A stretch of 64,000 nucleotides of DNA from Bythopirellula sp. (GTDB lineage: Bacteria; Planctomycetota; Planctomycetia; Pirellulales; Lacipirellulaceae): NCBI GenBank assembly GCA_965216565.1, contig OZ244170.1, positions 2,528,001-2,592,000 on the forward strand. Reading direction: 5' to 3'. Below the pieces are notes generated by a model. The model did not search any database and was not told where the DNA came from. It was given only the letters and a program-made list of their open reading frames with translations. Position numbers and translations under genes: made by a program. Of the stretch, positions 19,737 to 28,775 are shown one piece after another (within the stretch, counting starts at the first letter, position 1; every line of letters begins with the position of its first letter).

Positions 19737-20849
19737 ATGGCCAAATCGTCTTCAACCATTGTCAGCAGCCTGAATTATCTGTCATCGCCAGATGGTTACG
19801 CTCTAGGTTCAGTCTGTGCGGTTGTGGGCGACGATGCGTTTCTCCGGCAGGAAGTTCGCCAGTCTCTTGCACAGAGCACCGATGAGGGCGATGGGGAACT
19901 CACATTGGAAACCTGCGCAGGGAAGTCGGCCGAGTGGCGAAATATCGTCGACCTGCTAAGAGAACGTTCGTTGTTTGGCGGAGGAAGTCGCACGGTGATT
20001 GTGGAAGACGCCGATCCCTTTGTAAAAAACTATCGAGACAAGATCGAACTATACGTGGAAGAGGCCAGCGGCGATGGGTTGTTGATTTTAGAACTGAATT
20101 CCTTGCCGGGAAACACGCGGCTTGCCAAGTCGATTGCCAAGCACGGACTGACGATTCGATGTTCTGTACCTGATCGTGGCAAAGAGCTCAAAGAGTTTGT
20201 CAATTCGCTCAAGAAGTGGCTCATAGATATCGCCAAAGAAAAGTTTGAGGTAGTCTTGCCGACAGCTGCGGTGGACTTGCTGCTCGATCTATTGCCCACG
20301 GAGGTTGGCATTCTGTATCAGGAAGTCGACAAGCTCTCGCTGCTTGTGGGCGAGGACAGAAAGATTGGGGTAGAGCTAGTCCGCGAACATGTTGGCAGCT
20401 GGCGAACTCGTAAGACTTGGGACATGATCGATGCTGTTGCAGACGGCCAGGCCGACGAAGCACTTCGGCAACTCGACCGATTGATTGCAGCGGGCGAAAA
20501 ACCTCATGCCCTGCTTCCACAAATGGCTTCGACGCTGCGTCGATTTGCCGCGGCTGCTCGGCAAATTGAACAGGCAGAACAACGCAAACAGCGAGTCTCG
20601 CTCCAAGGGGCACTGAAAGAATCTGGCATCATCCCCTTCAAGGTTGCTGCCGCTGAGCAGCAGTTGCGACAAATTGGACGACCTCGGGCCAAGCAGCTCA
20701 ATCGCTGGTTGCTAGCGGCTGACTTAGCCCTGAAAAGCCACAACTCGACGGACGAGCGGGCCCGTCGAGAATTGGAAACCCTCATCGTGCGACTTTCGAA
20801 GCACGCCCAGCCCGTGCGGAGTGCGGCGAAAAGCTCCTCACGCAGATGA
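19737..20849 (+). CDS. holA: DNA polymerase III delta subunit
   Basis: VGDDAFLRQE, SLFGGGSRTVIVEDAD, LYQEVDKL, WDMIDA, LLAADLALK. Confidence 0.9.
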   Translation: MAKSSSTIVSSLNYLSSPDGYALGSVCAVVGDDAFLRQEVRQSLAQSTDEGDGELTLETCAGKSAEWRNIVDLLRERSLFGGGSRTVIVEDADPFVKNYRDKIELYVEEASGDGLLILELNSLPGNTRLAKSIAKHGLTIRCSVPDRGKELKEFVNSLKKWLIDIAKEKFEVVLPTAAVDLLLDLLPTEVGILYQEVDKLSLLVGEDRKIGVELVREHVGSWRTRKTWDMIDAVADGQADEALRQLDRLIAAGEKPHALLPQMASTLRRFAAAARQIEQAEQRKQRVSLQGALKESGIIPFKVAAAEQQLRQIGRPRAKQLNRWLLAADLALKSHNSTDERARRELETLIVRLSKHAQPVRSAAKSSSRR

Positions 20850-20852
20850 AAG

Positions 20853-20895
20853 CCCCCTCTGCTAACCCCTCCCCCGAAAACCGAGGAGGGGGGAC
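20853..20895. repeat. C-rich/G-rich hairpin repeat (CTAACCCCTCCC...GGAGGGG); second copy 48598-48633
   Basis: Both copies share CTAACCCCTCCC plus a complementary G-rich arm. Confidence 0.6.
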
Positions 20896-21058
20896 TTGGA
20901 AGTGATAGCAGTCGCATTTCCCAATGTACTCGAGAGGCACTGAGGTTGTGTTGGGTCGATTCGATTTGTACGATCCCCCCCGCTCATCATCGACTGCTAT
21001 CTCTGATGATAGTACTCCGTCTCTATCACTCAAGGCATTGTTCGCCAATAAACAATCC

Positions 21059-22573
21059 ATGATCTCAGTAGGTTTCAACATACCGGCGTTGTGGCGTCAG
21101 CTTACCTTTGCCTCTTTGATGCTGCCGCTGTTGATCTGTGCCGGATGTCAGGTGCCGGGGTCGACGACAAACTACGCAAAGAACACGGCCAACCCTTTTG
21201 AGACTGGCCAACCAGTCGAAGCGAGTGAAGTCGAAAAGCCCGTGATACAAACAGTCTCGGCAGAAGAGCCCTCTCAAAAAACATCGCAGGCCGATCTATC
21301 GAGCGTATTGGATGAGCTGGACGAAATCGGCGACGTCGATCCGCTGGCGCGAGAAAAACTGACTAACGATCTTCGCGATGTGAAGCCCGAGCTGTGGCCG
21401 TTGATGATCCAGCAGTTCAAGTCGGCTATGGCGTTTCGCAAACAACTCTCTGAGGAAGACACTGAGTTGGTAGGAGCTACGGTCCCCCATCAGCCAGACC
21501 ACGCGCAACAGAACAAAATCAAAGCGTCGACGGCGTCGCACTCAGCCAGTTCGTCAGACAATGAATCAAAGCCGTTATCAAACAAACCAATGGCTGGTGC
21601 AGCAACTGAAACGCCCTCCTCGGCACCGGTGATCGTCAGCGATGCAAGCCCTGCAGCGCCGACGGCAAAGATGATGGCTTATCCCACAACGTCATCGGAA
21701 GCGATGACTACTCCCCCAAGCTCGACATTTGCCGCTAATGATTCGGCATACAATGCCGCTCAGCCCCTGCCGACTCCCCCGACGCACAATCCTTCGCAAG
21801 CGATAGCAACCGCCCACAGCGATCCGCTAATTCGCCCAGCCACCTATGTTAGCACGTCCCCAACGACGACGGGCGACTGGCAGCAACATCTACAACAGGC
21901 CATTGGCAAGCTGGAATCAACTGTCAGCGATCGACCGGCGAGCACGGCTGAACTGCATGAGCACGTGCAACTCCGCATGCTTTATCTGTTGGCCGGCCAG
22001 CGGGGCGAAGCGATGCTACCCGTCCCGGGCGCTACGCCTACGATGCAAGACTATTGGTCGAAACAATTGTTTGCCATTTCCACGCACCTCGATCATCAAC
22101 AACAGCCCGACCAAAAACGGCGCGCGGCCAGCAGTCTCATCCATCTCGATCAGGCGCGGGCCAAACTGGCCGAACTAGCGACGCTGCAGATTCGCAATCT
22201 CAGTTTTGTCGATTCTGTCAGCGGTTACGGTACCTACGAAATTCACGAGTCGAAAGAATTTCGTGCGGGTGACCCGGTCACACTTTATACCGAAGTGGAA
22301 AACCTTCGCAGCGAATCAACACCCAAGGGCTACCAAGCCTCGCTTTCTACCAGCTACGAAGTCGTCGACGCCAGTGGGCAGCGCGTCGATGGCCGACAGT
22401 TCCCCGACGTGGAGGATCTCTGCCAGAATCCTCGCCGCGACTTCCACATGCAATATGGTGTGTCGCTCCCCACGCGGATCTATCCCGGCGAGTACCAATT
22501 GCGGCTGACCATCACCGACCAGCTCAGCCACAAAATCGGCCAGGCCACCGTGCCGTTTGTGATTGTGGAGTGA
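21059..22573 (+). CDS. Hypothetical lipoprotein
   Basis: Lipobox-like LICAGC, Ser/Pro/Thr-rich linker, C-terminal Ig-like segment (PGEYQLRLTITD); start inferred. Confidence 0.75.
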   Translation: MISVGFNIPALWRQLTFASLMLPLLICAGCQVPGSTTNYAKNTANPFETGQPVEASEVEKPVIQTVSAEEPSQKTSQADLSSVLDELDEIGDVDPLAREKLTNDLRDVKPELWPLMIQQFKSAMAFRKQLSEEDTELVGATVPHQPDHAQQNKIKASTASHSASSSDNESKPLSNKPMAGAATETPSSAPVIVSDASPAAPTAKMMAYPTTSSEAMTTPPSSTFAANDSAYNAAQPLPTPPTHNPSQAIATAHSDPLIRPATYVSTSPTTTGDWQQHLQQAIGKLESTVSDRPASTAELHEHVQLRMLYLLAGQRGEAMLPVPGATPTMQDYWSKQLFAISTHLDHQQQPDQKRRAASSLIHLDQARAKLAELATLQIRNLSFVDSVSGYGTYEIHESKEFRAGDPVTLYTEVENLRSESTPKGYQASLSTSYEVVDASGQRVDGRQFPDVEDLCQNPRRDFHMQYGVSLPTRIYPGEYQLRLTITDQLSHKIGQATVPFVIVE

Positions 22574-22736
22574 TTAGGCTGTAGGCTTGAGGCTGGGGGC
22601 GGGAGTGTGGCCACCGCTTGCGGTTTAGCGGCAGCGAGTCGTTACTGCTTTTCCCGCGATTCACTTTCTGCTGTCCCCATGGCTTTCGACTCGCTAAAAT
22701 CAGAACTCTGATTTCTAAGCAGCGAGCGAACCAAGC

Positions 22737-23516
22737 ATGAAAAACACCGCACTTGTTACCGGCGCTTCGGGCGGCATCGGCCGCGATTTGGCGACGATCC
22801 ACGCGGCCCAAGGTGGCGATCTGGTGATTGTTGCCAGGAGCGGCGACGAACTTGAGCAGCTCAAGAGCGAGCTAGAAACTGAGCACGGCACAACCGTGCT
22901 GTGTCTAGCGGAAGATCTAACGGCCGAGGGTGCCATTGAAAGGATCCACGAAGCGATTGAAAAAGAGAATATCGAGATCGAAGTGCTAATCAACAACGCC
23001 GGCTTTGGAGGGCACGGGCTGTTTCATGAAAGGGAATGGGCCAAGGACGAGGCGATGATCGAGTTGAACGTCACCGCGTTGGCAAAGCTGACGCATGTGA
23101 TTCTGCAAGACATGGTTCCGCGCAAGCGGGGCAAGATTCTGAACGTGGCCTCCACGGCGGGAATGGTACCCGGTCCGTTGCAAGCCACCTATTACGCCAC
23201 CAAAGCGTTCGTGCTTTCGTTTTCCCAAGCGCTGGCCGAGGAATTGGCTGACTCGAATATTACCGTGACCGCCCTCTGCCCGGGTCCTGTGAAAACGGGC
23301 TTTGCCGATCGTGCCAATATGGAAGGCATCGATGCGTTTGAGAAAAACGCCGCCGACTCGATGAGCGTGGCCAAGCTCGGCTACTCCGCTATGCAAAAGG
23401 GAAAGCTGGTGGTCATCAACGACTGGATGCTGTCGATCGTACTAAACTGGCTGGTTCCGCTCATGCCACGCCGCTGGGTGCTGAAGTTTTCGCGCCAGGC
23501 GATGGAGAAGAATTAG
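22737..23516 (+). CDS. SDR family oxidoreductase
   Basis: TGASGGIG, NNAGFG, YYATK. Confidence 0.95.
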   Translation: MKNTALVTGASGGIGRDLATIHAAQGGDLVIVARSGDELEQLKSELETEHGTTVLCLAEDLTAEGAIERIHEAIEKENIEIEVLINNAGFGGHGLFHEREWAKDEAMIELNVTALAKLTHVILQDMVPRKRGKILNVASTAGMVPGPLQATYYATKAFVLSFSQALAEELADSNITVTALCPGPVKTGFADRANMEGIDAFEKNAADSMSVAKLGYSAMQKGKLVVINDWMLSIVLNWLVPLMPRRWVLKFSRQAMEKN

Positions 23517-23524
23517 ATTGCAGC

Positions 23525-23618
23525 GGACAGGATGACAAGATTGGCGGGATTTACTGGATCACAGTTGATCCTTTCATATGTTCATCCAGTTCATCCCAGA
23601 AATCCTGTCATCCAGTCC
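23525..23618. repeat. Inverted-arm element, GACAGGATGAC family, copy 1
   Basis: ggacaggatgacaagatt... / ...aatcctgtcatccagtcc; ~9-nt CAGGAT periodicity. Confidence 0.8.
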
Positions 23619-23626
23619 ATATAAAC

Positions 23627-24604
23627 TTATATCTCTACGAGCACCTTGCCCACGGCGTCGCCTTCTACTGCCTCGTGCGCTGCAACGGTTTCGGCCAGGG
23701 GGAATCTGGGGCCCAGGTCGTGGGTGAGTTGGTCTTCCTCCAGCCAGTCGGTGATCTGCAGCACGGCTTGGCGTTCTAGTTCCAGGGGGGTGAGGAACGT
23801 GAGTACGTGCTGAACGACGATCGCTTTGTACATCATCGTGTAGAACGGCACCGTCGGTTCGGGCTCCGCCTGCGAGGCGTAGGTGGCGATGGTGCCGCCG
23901 GGCTTGATGGCGGCGATCGACGCTTCCAGGTTGCCGCCGAATTCGACTTCGACGATGCGGTCGACGCCCTGCCCCGATGTGATTTCTTGAACGCGACTGC
24001 CCACATCTTCGGATTTGTAGTTCAACACATGATCGGCCCCCGCAGTGTGTGCTAGTTCAGCCTTCTCGACACTACTGACCGTAGCGATCACGGAGGCACC
24101 GGCGAGCTTAGCGAATTGCACCGCATAGCGACCCACGGCCCCCGCCCCACCGGTGACGAGAATGGTTTGCCCTTCCACTGACCCATCGGCAAACACACTC
24201 GGATAGGCAGTGAGCGCCGGAATTCCCAAGCAGGCGCCGGCCGCAAGTTCAACATGATCGGGCAGACGAACGGCGCATTCAGCCGGTAGCACAACGTATT
24301 CCGCAGCCGTGCCAAAGTCGCGTTGCCACTGAGCTTTGTAAACCCACACGCGTTGGCCTTCGCGTTCCGAGTCGACATCGTCTCCCACGGCGTCGATCGT
24401 TCCTGCTCCGTCGAAATGCGGGATCACCCGCTGGGCATCCAATCCGCCGCGTCCCCCCTGGCGGCGTTTTACGTCGACGGGGTTCACTCCAGACACTTCG
24501 AGCTTCACCCGTACCTCACCGGCAGCGGGTTGCGGGTCTTCAACGTCGCCGTACTGGAGTACTTCGCGAGCAGTGCCCTGCTTTTCGTACCAAATGGCTT
24601 TCAT
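23627..24604 (-). CDS. NADPH:quinone reductase (zeta-crystallin-like MDR)
   Basis: GVNPVD, IPHFDGAG, GIPALTA, TGGAGAVG, GKVLV. Confidence 0.92.
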   Translation of the reverse strand: MKAIWYEKQGTAREVLQYGDVEDPQPAAGEVRVKLEVSGVNPVDVKRRQGGRGGLDAQRVIPHFDGAGTIDAVGDDVDSEREGQRVWVYKAQWQRDFGTAAEYVVLPAECAVRLPDHVELAAGACLGIPALTAYPSVFADGSVEGQTILVTGGAGAVGRYAVQFAKLAGASVIATVSSVEKAELAHTAGADHVLNYKSEDVGSRVQEITSGQGVDRIVEVEFGGNLEASIAAIKPGGTIATYASQAEPEPTVPFYTMMYKAIVVQHVLTFLTPLELERQAVLQITDWLEEDQLTHDLGPRFPLAETVAAHEAVEGDAVGKVLVEI

Positions 24605-24670
24605 GAATGGGTCTCCAAAATTTGCTATTTCGAACGATTAGGCTAATGGATTAGAACCACAAAGACAGTT

Positions 24671-24745
24671 GGACAGGATGACAGGATAGGCAGGATCAAC
24701 GGGATTCAATTCTCACGATATTCTATTAATCCCAGTCATCCTGTC
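24671..24745. repeat. GACAGGATGAC family, copy 2
   Basis: ggacaggatgacaggataggcaggatcaacgggat ... atcccagtcatcctgtc. Confidence 0.8.
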
Positions 24746-25333
24746 TTACTTCGTGCTCTTTGTGTTTTTGTGGTTCAAATTCAAATCATACGTCCTTGCA
24801 CGGATGCTCTCGGGCAAGGTGGTGGGCGAGGCAATGACGATTGTTGTGTCTGTGAGTGTCGATAGTAATTGACAAACCTTGTCCGCCGCCGTTGGGTCGA
24901 GTTCCGCGAGTGGCTCGTCGAGCAACAGCAGCTTCGGACCGGTAGCCAAGGCGCGTGCGAGTGCCACACGGCGAATTTCTCCGCCGGAGAGATTCAAGGT
25001 CGACCGCGAGGCGAGGTGATCGATACCGAGCGCTGTCAGTAGTTCTTGCGGGTGGGTTCCGTTCCGCTGGGCATAGGTGACGTTGCTAAGGACCGTGCCG
25101 CGGAATAGCAGAGGCTGTTGATGGACGAAAGTTTTCTGCGGCAAGCTGGCCTCAACCCGGCATTGCCCGGTGTAGGTATTTTCCAGCCCGGCTAAAACGC
25201 GTAGCAACGTTGTTTTACCCGAACCGTTCGCACCGACGACCGCTACCGTCTCGCCCGCTTCCACCTGGAACTGATCGATCCGGCAGATGGTTTGCGATTC
25301 TTTCTCAACCGTGAGCTGAGCAATCTGGATCAT
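24746..25333 (-). CDS. tupC: Tungstate ABC transporter ATP-binding subunit
   Basis: GANGSGKT, LSGGE, LLLDEP; ATGA overlap with the permease stop. The 26089 start in the ORF track is spurious. Confidence 0.8.
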   Translation of the reverse strand: MIQIAQLTVEKESQTICRIDQFQVEAGETVAVVGANGSGKTTLLRVLAGLENTYTGQCRVEASLPQKTFVHQQPLLFRGTVLSNVTYAQRNGTHPQELLTALGIDHLASRSTLNLSGGEIRRVALARALATGPKLLLLDEPLAELDPTAADKVCQLLSTLTDTTIVIASPTTLPESIRARTYDLNLNHKNTKSTK

Positions 25334-26025
25334 CGCTGTTGCTCCCGGCTTAGCCAACCAATGGTTGCGGCGACCACCAACGCAATAATCAGCAGAATCA
25401 TTCCCAGTGCCATGCCACGGGCCAGTTCGCCTTTGCTGGTTTCCAGGGCGGCGGCTGTGGCCAGTGTGCGAGTGCGGTGGAGAATGTTTCCCCCCACGAT
25501 CATGGCGATGCCCAGTTCCGTCACGCAACGGGCGAACGCGGTGAGCAGCGCGAGAGTCACGGAGGTGCGCGCTTCGGAAATATAGGTGGCCCAACGTCGC
25601 CATCGGCTGACGCCCAGTGTCCAAGCCGTCTCGGCAACGCGAGGGTCGAGCGATTGGATGCCGCCATGGCAGATGCCTACCACAATCGGAATTGCCAGGA
25701 GCAACTCGCCGAAAATGATTGCCTGCGGGGTGTAGAGCAATTCCAAGGCTCCTAGCGGACCGCGTCGGGAGAACAGACCATAACAGAGGATTCCCACAAA
25801 CACCGTGGGTAGTGCCATGCCGGCGCGAAACAGAATCACCAGCAATCGATTGCCTGGGAACTGCGTGCGAGCAAGCCAGATGCCCAGGGGCAACCCTAAC
25901 ACCATGGCCAGCGCAACGGCGGTCGACGAAATCCACAGGCTCCGCCAGGCCGCGGAATAGACGAGCGATTCGCCAGCGAGCATCATGCGGAATGCTTCGG
26001 AAAGTCCGTCGGTGATCTGTTGCAT
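25330..26025 (-). CDS. tupB: Tungstate ABC transporter permease
   Basis: GMALPTVFVG, SRRGPLG, ELGIAMIVGGNI..RTRTLATAAALETSKG. Confidence 0.9.
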   Translation of the reverse strand: MQQITDGLSEAFRMMLAGESLVYSAAWRSLWISSTAVALAMVLGLPLGIWLARTQFPGNRLLVILFRAGMALPTVFVGILCYGLFSRRGPLGALELLYTPQAIIFGELLLAIPIVVGICHGGIQSLDPRVAETAWTLGVSRWRRWATYISEARTSVTLALLTAFARCVTELGIAMIVGGNILHRTRTLATAAALETSKGELARGMALGMILLIIALVVAATIGWLSREQQR

Positions 26026-26033
26026 GCCGGCGT

Positions 26034-26858
26034 CTATTCGATGTGGTGGGCGGGGTGAAACAACTGTTCATCTGCCAAACGGTATTCACCGATGGCGCGT
26101 TGAGTGGAATTGGTGATTAAATACTCGAGCAGCTTCTCGGCGAGGTCGACTCTTACAGCGGAGTGTACCTGAGGGCTGACAACAATTGCACCGTAAGGAT
26201 TCTCTAGCGCTGGCGAATTGCTCACGAGCGGGACCAGCTCGATTTTGGAGCGGAAGTGCAGGTACGTTCCCCGATCGCAGAGAATATAGGCCTGTAGCTC
26301 GTCGGCAATCACTAGCGTGCTGCCCATCCCCTGCCCTGTTTCAATATACTCGGGCCAGTCGGGACGTCCGCCGGTGCTCTCCCAGAGAGCGAGCTCGCGT
26401 TGATGGGTGCCGCTGTCGTCGCTCCGGGAAACGAATCGATGGCCACTGGCGGCAATTGCTTGGAGTGCCTTGCCGGGGTCGAGTCCTTGGATTTTCGCAG
26501 GATCGTCCGCCGGCCCCAGGATTTCGAAGTGATTGAACATAATATCCTCGCGTCGCAACCCAGTGCCTGCGGCAAGGAACGCTTCTTCCGCAGCTCGGGC
26601 ATGCACTAGCACCAAATCGGCATCGCCCGCGGCACCCAGTTTGAGAGCCTTACCCGTTCCGACAGCCACGACGTCGACCCGCACGTTCTGCTGTTGTTCG
26701 AAGGGTGGCAAGAGCATTTCCAGCAGTCCGGAGTCGCGTGTGCTGGTGGTGGTGGCGAGTCTGAGGACCTGTTGCTGAGAATCGGAATCCTTCGCGCAGC
26801 CCAGAGCTGACGTCATGGCGAGAAATAGAACGAGGAAGGTTGATCTTAGGTTTATCAA
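26034..26858 (-). CDS. tupA: Tungstate ABC transporter substrate-binding lipoprotein
   Basis: Lipobox ALGC; TupA signature LATTTSTRDSGLL, VGTGKAL, FVSRSDDSGTH, GQGMG, DRGTY. Confidence 0.92.
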   Translation of the reverse strand: MINLRSTFLVLFLAMTSALGCAKDSDSQQQVLRLATTTSTRDSGLLEMLLPPFEQQQNVRVDVVAVGTGKALKLGAAGDADLVLVHARAAEEAFLAAGTGLRREDIMFNHFEILGPADDPAKIQGLDPGKALQAIAASGHRFVSRSDDSGTHQRELALWESTGGRPDWPEYIETGQGMGSTLVIADELQAYILCDRGTYLHFRSKIELVPLVSNSPALENPYGAIVVSPQVHSAVRVDLAEKLLEYLITNSTQRAIGEYRLADEQLFHPAHHIE

Positions 26859-27026
26859 AGTGGAGCCTTGCAGACGGCTGAAATTGTTTTTGCTTTTGGC
26901 GGGGCACCGGCGATCTGTCGGATCGCGGCTATTCGCGGCTAATGCTATTCACGGCTAATATTGTGATATGACGATCTCTTCTGATTGGACATTGTGTCAT
27001 TGATCGAGGAACATTAGACAATATAT

Positions 27027-28667
27027 ATGACTGACTATACCAAGATTTCACAAGGCACCGTGTACGATCCTGCTAATGGGGTAGATGGTGACGTCCGCGA
27101 TTTGTGGATTGCTGATGGCAAGATCGTTGATCCGCCCACCGATCCTGCCGTGCGGCCCAATCGGGTGATCGATGCCGAAGGGCTGGTGGTGATGCCGGGC
27201 GGCATCGATATGCATTGCCATATCGCTGGCCCGAAAGTGAATGCGGCTCGTAGAATGCGTCCCGAGGATCGCGGCGAAGCACTCCGCCGCACCGACACGT
27301 TGCGCAGCGGAACCATGGGGAGCGTGCCCAGCAGTTTCGCTACGGCCTACAAGTATGCGGGATTGGGTTACACCACCGCCTTCGATGCAGCCGTCCCACC
27401 GCTCGGTGCTCGACATGCCCACGAAGAGCTAGCCGACACGCCCTGCATCGACAAGGGATTCTATGTCCTCTTGGGCAACAACCAATACGCCATGCAATCG
27501 ATTGCCGATGGCGAGCCGGAACGTCTCGATGCGTTCGTCGCCTGGCTGCTAGGCACCGTCAAAGGATTCGCACCGAAATTGGTAAACCCGGGCGGCGTGG
27601 AAGTTTGGAAACAAACTGGCGGCGGGCATCAACATGGTCTCGACGAGGCGGTCGATCATTTTGGGGTCACCCCACGGCAAATCATCACCGAGATCACCGC
27701 CGCGGCCAATCGGCTTCGTCTGCCCCACCCGGTTCACATTCATTGCAACCAACTCGGCATGCCGGGGAATTGGCAGACGACACTCGACACGATGAAAGCC
27801 CTCGACAGCCAGCGGGGACACCTCACACATATTCAGTTCCATAGTTACGGTGGCGGCGATGCGGACGAGACGACGTTCTCCAGCAAAGTGCCAGCGCTTG
27901 CCGATTATGTGAATTCCCGGCCCGAGCTCACCGTGGACGTGGGCCAAGTGATGTTCGGCGAAACCACCAGCATGACGGGTGACGGACCGCTGGGGCATTT
28001 TCTTTCGAAGGTGTACGGCCAGAAATGGTTTTCCAAGGACGTCGAGCTGGAGGCCGGCTGCGGCATCACGCCAATCACTTACAAAAACAAGAATCTGGTG
28101 AACGCCATCCAATGGGCGATCGGGTTGGAGTGGTACCTACTCGTCGACGATCCTTGGAAAGTGGTGATGAGCACGGATCACCCCAACGGCGGATCGTTCT
28201 TGGCGTACCCGCAAATTGTACGGCTGCTGATGGATCGCACTTATCGCTCCGATGTGCTGAAGACGTGCCCGCAGGCTGTCCGCGAACGGACTACGCTGGG
28301 AGACCTCGACCGTGAGTACTCACTTAGCGAAATCGCCATCATCACCCGCGCCGGCCCGGCAAAGATTTTGGGGCTTACTGAAAAAGGCCACCTGGGAGTG
28401 GGCGCCGATGCCGACGTGACGATTTACACGCCCAACGAGAATCGCGAAACGATGTTCGAGCTACCGCGGCTGGTGATCAAAGCGGGACAGGTAATCGTAG
28501 AACAGGGCGAAGTGCGCACGCCCATCCAGGGTAAAACGCTCCACGTGGCCCCCGATTACGACCGCGACCGCGAAGTTGATATTCGCAATTGGCTGGAAGA
28601 GAGCTATTCACTTCGACCGTCGAACTACGGCATCGGGGCGATTGAGGGGGCGGAAGTTGTGGGGTAG
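27027..28667 (+). CDS. fhcA: Formylmethanofuran dehydrogenase / formyltransferase-hydrolase complex subunit A
   Basis: IDMHCHIAG, YAGLGYTT, KLVNPGG, HIHCNQLGMPGN, THIQFHSYG, STDHPNGG, ITRAGPA. Confidence 0.93.
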   Translation: MTDYTKISQGTVYDPANGVDGDVRDLWIADGKIVDPPTDPAVRPNRVIDAEGLVVMPGGIDMHCHIAGPKVNAARRMRPEDRGEALRRTDTLRSGTMGSVPSSFATAYKYAGLGYTTAFDAAVPPLGARHAHEELADTPCIDKGFYVLLGNNQYAMQSIADGEPERLDAFVAWLLGTVKGFAPKLVNPGGVEVWKQTGGGHQHGLDEAVDHFGVTPRQIITEITAAANRLRLPHPVHIHCNQLGMPGNWQTTLDTMKALDSQRGHLTHIQFHSYGGGDADETTFSSKVPALADYVNSRPELTVDVGQVMFGETTSMTGDGPLGHFLSKVYGQKWFSKDVELEAGCGITPITYKNKNLVNAIQWAIGLEWYLLVDDPWKVVMSTDHPNGGSFLAYPQIVRLLMDRTYRSDVLKTCPQAVRERTTLGDLDREYSLSEIAIITRAGPAKILGLTEKGHLGVGADADVTIYTPNENRETMFELPRLVIKAGQVIVEQGEVRTPIQGKTLHVAPDYDRDREVDIRNWLEESYSLRPSNYGIGAIEGAEVVG

Positions 28668-28676
28668 TTTTATCTG

Positions 28677-28768
28677 GCCCGCGAATAATGCGGATGGACG
28701 CGAATCTATTGAAGCTCCGCTCGCAACCATCGAGAGATATTCTCGCCTAACCGCGCACATTCGCGGGC
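28677..28768. repeat. Inverted-arm element with ~9-nt periodic arms (CGCGAAT type)
   Basis: gcccgcgaataatgcggatggacgcgaat ... cacattcgcgggc; related tracts at 11973-12000 and 26922-26959. Confidence 0.6.
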
Positions 28769-28775
28769 AACGCTT

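Noticed and set aside
25334..26089. N-terminal extension of the 447-aa ABC ORF
   Set aside because: Overlaps tupB in another frame; the true start is the ATGA-coupled Met at 25333
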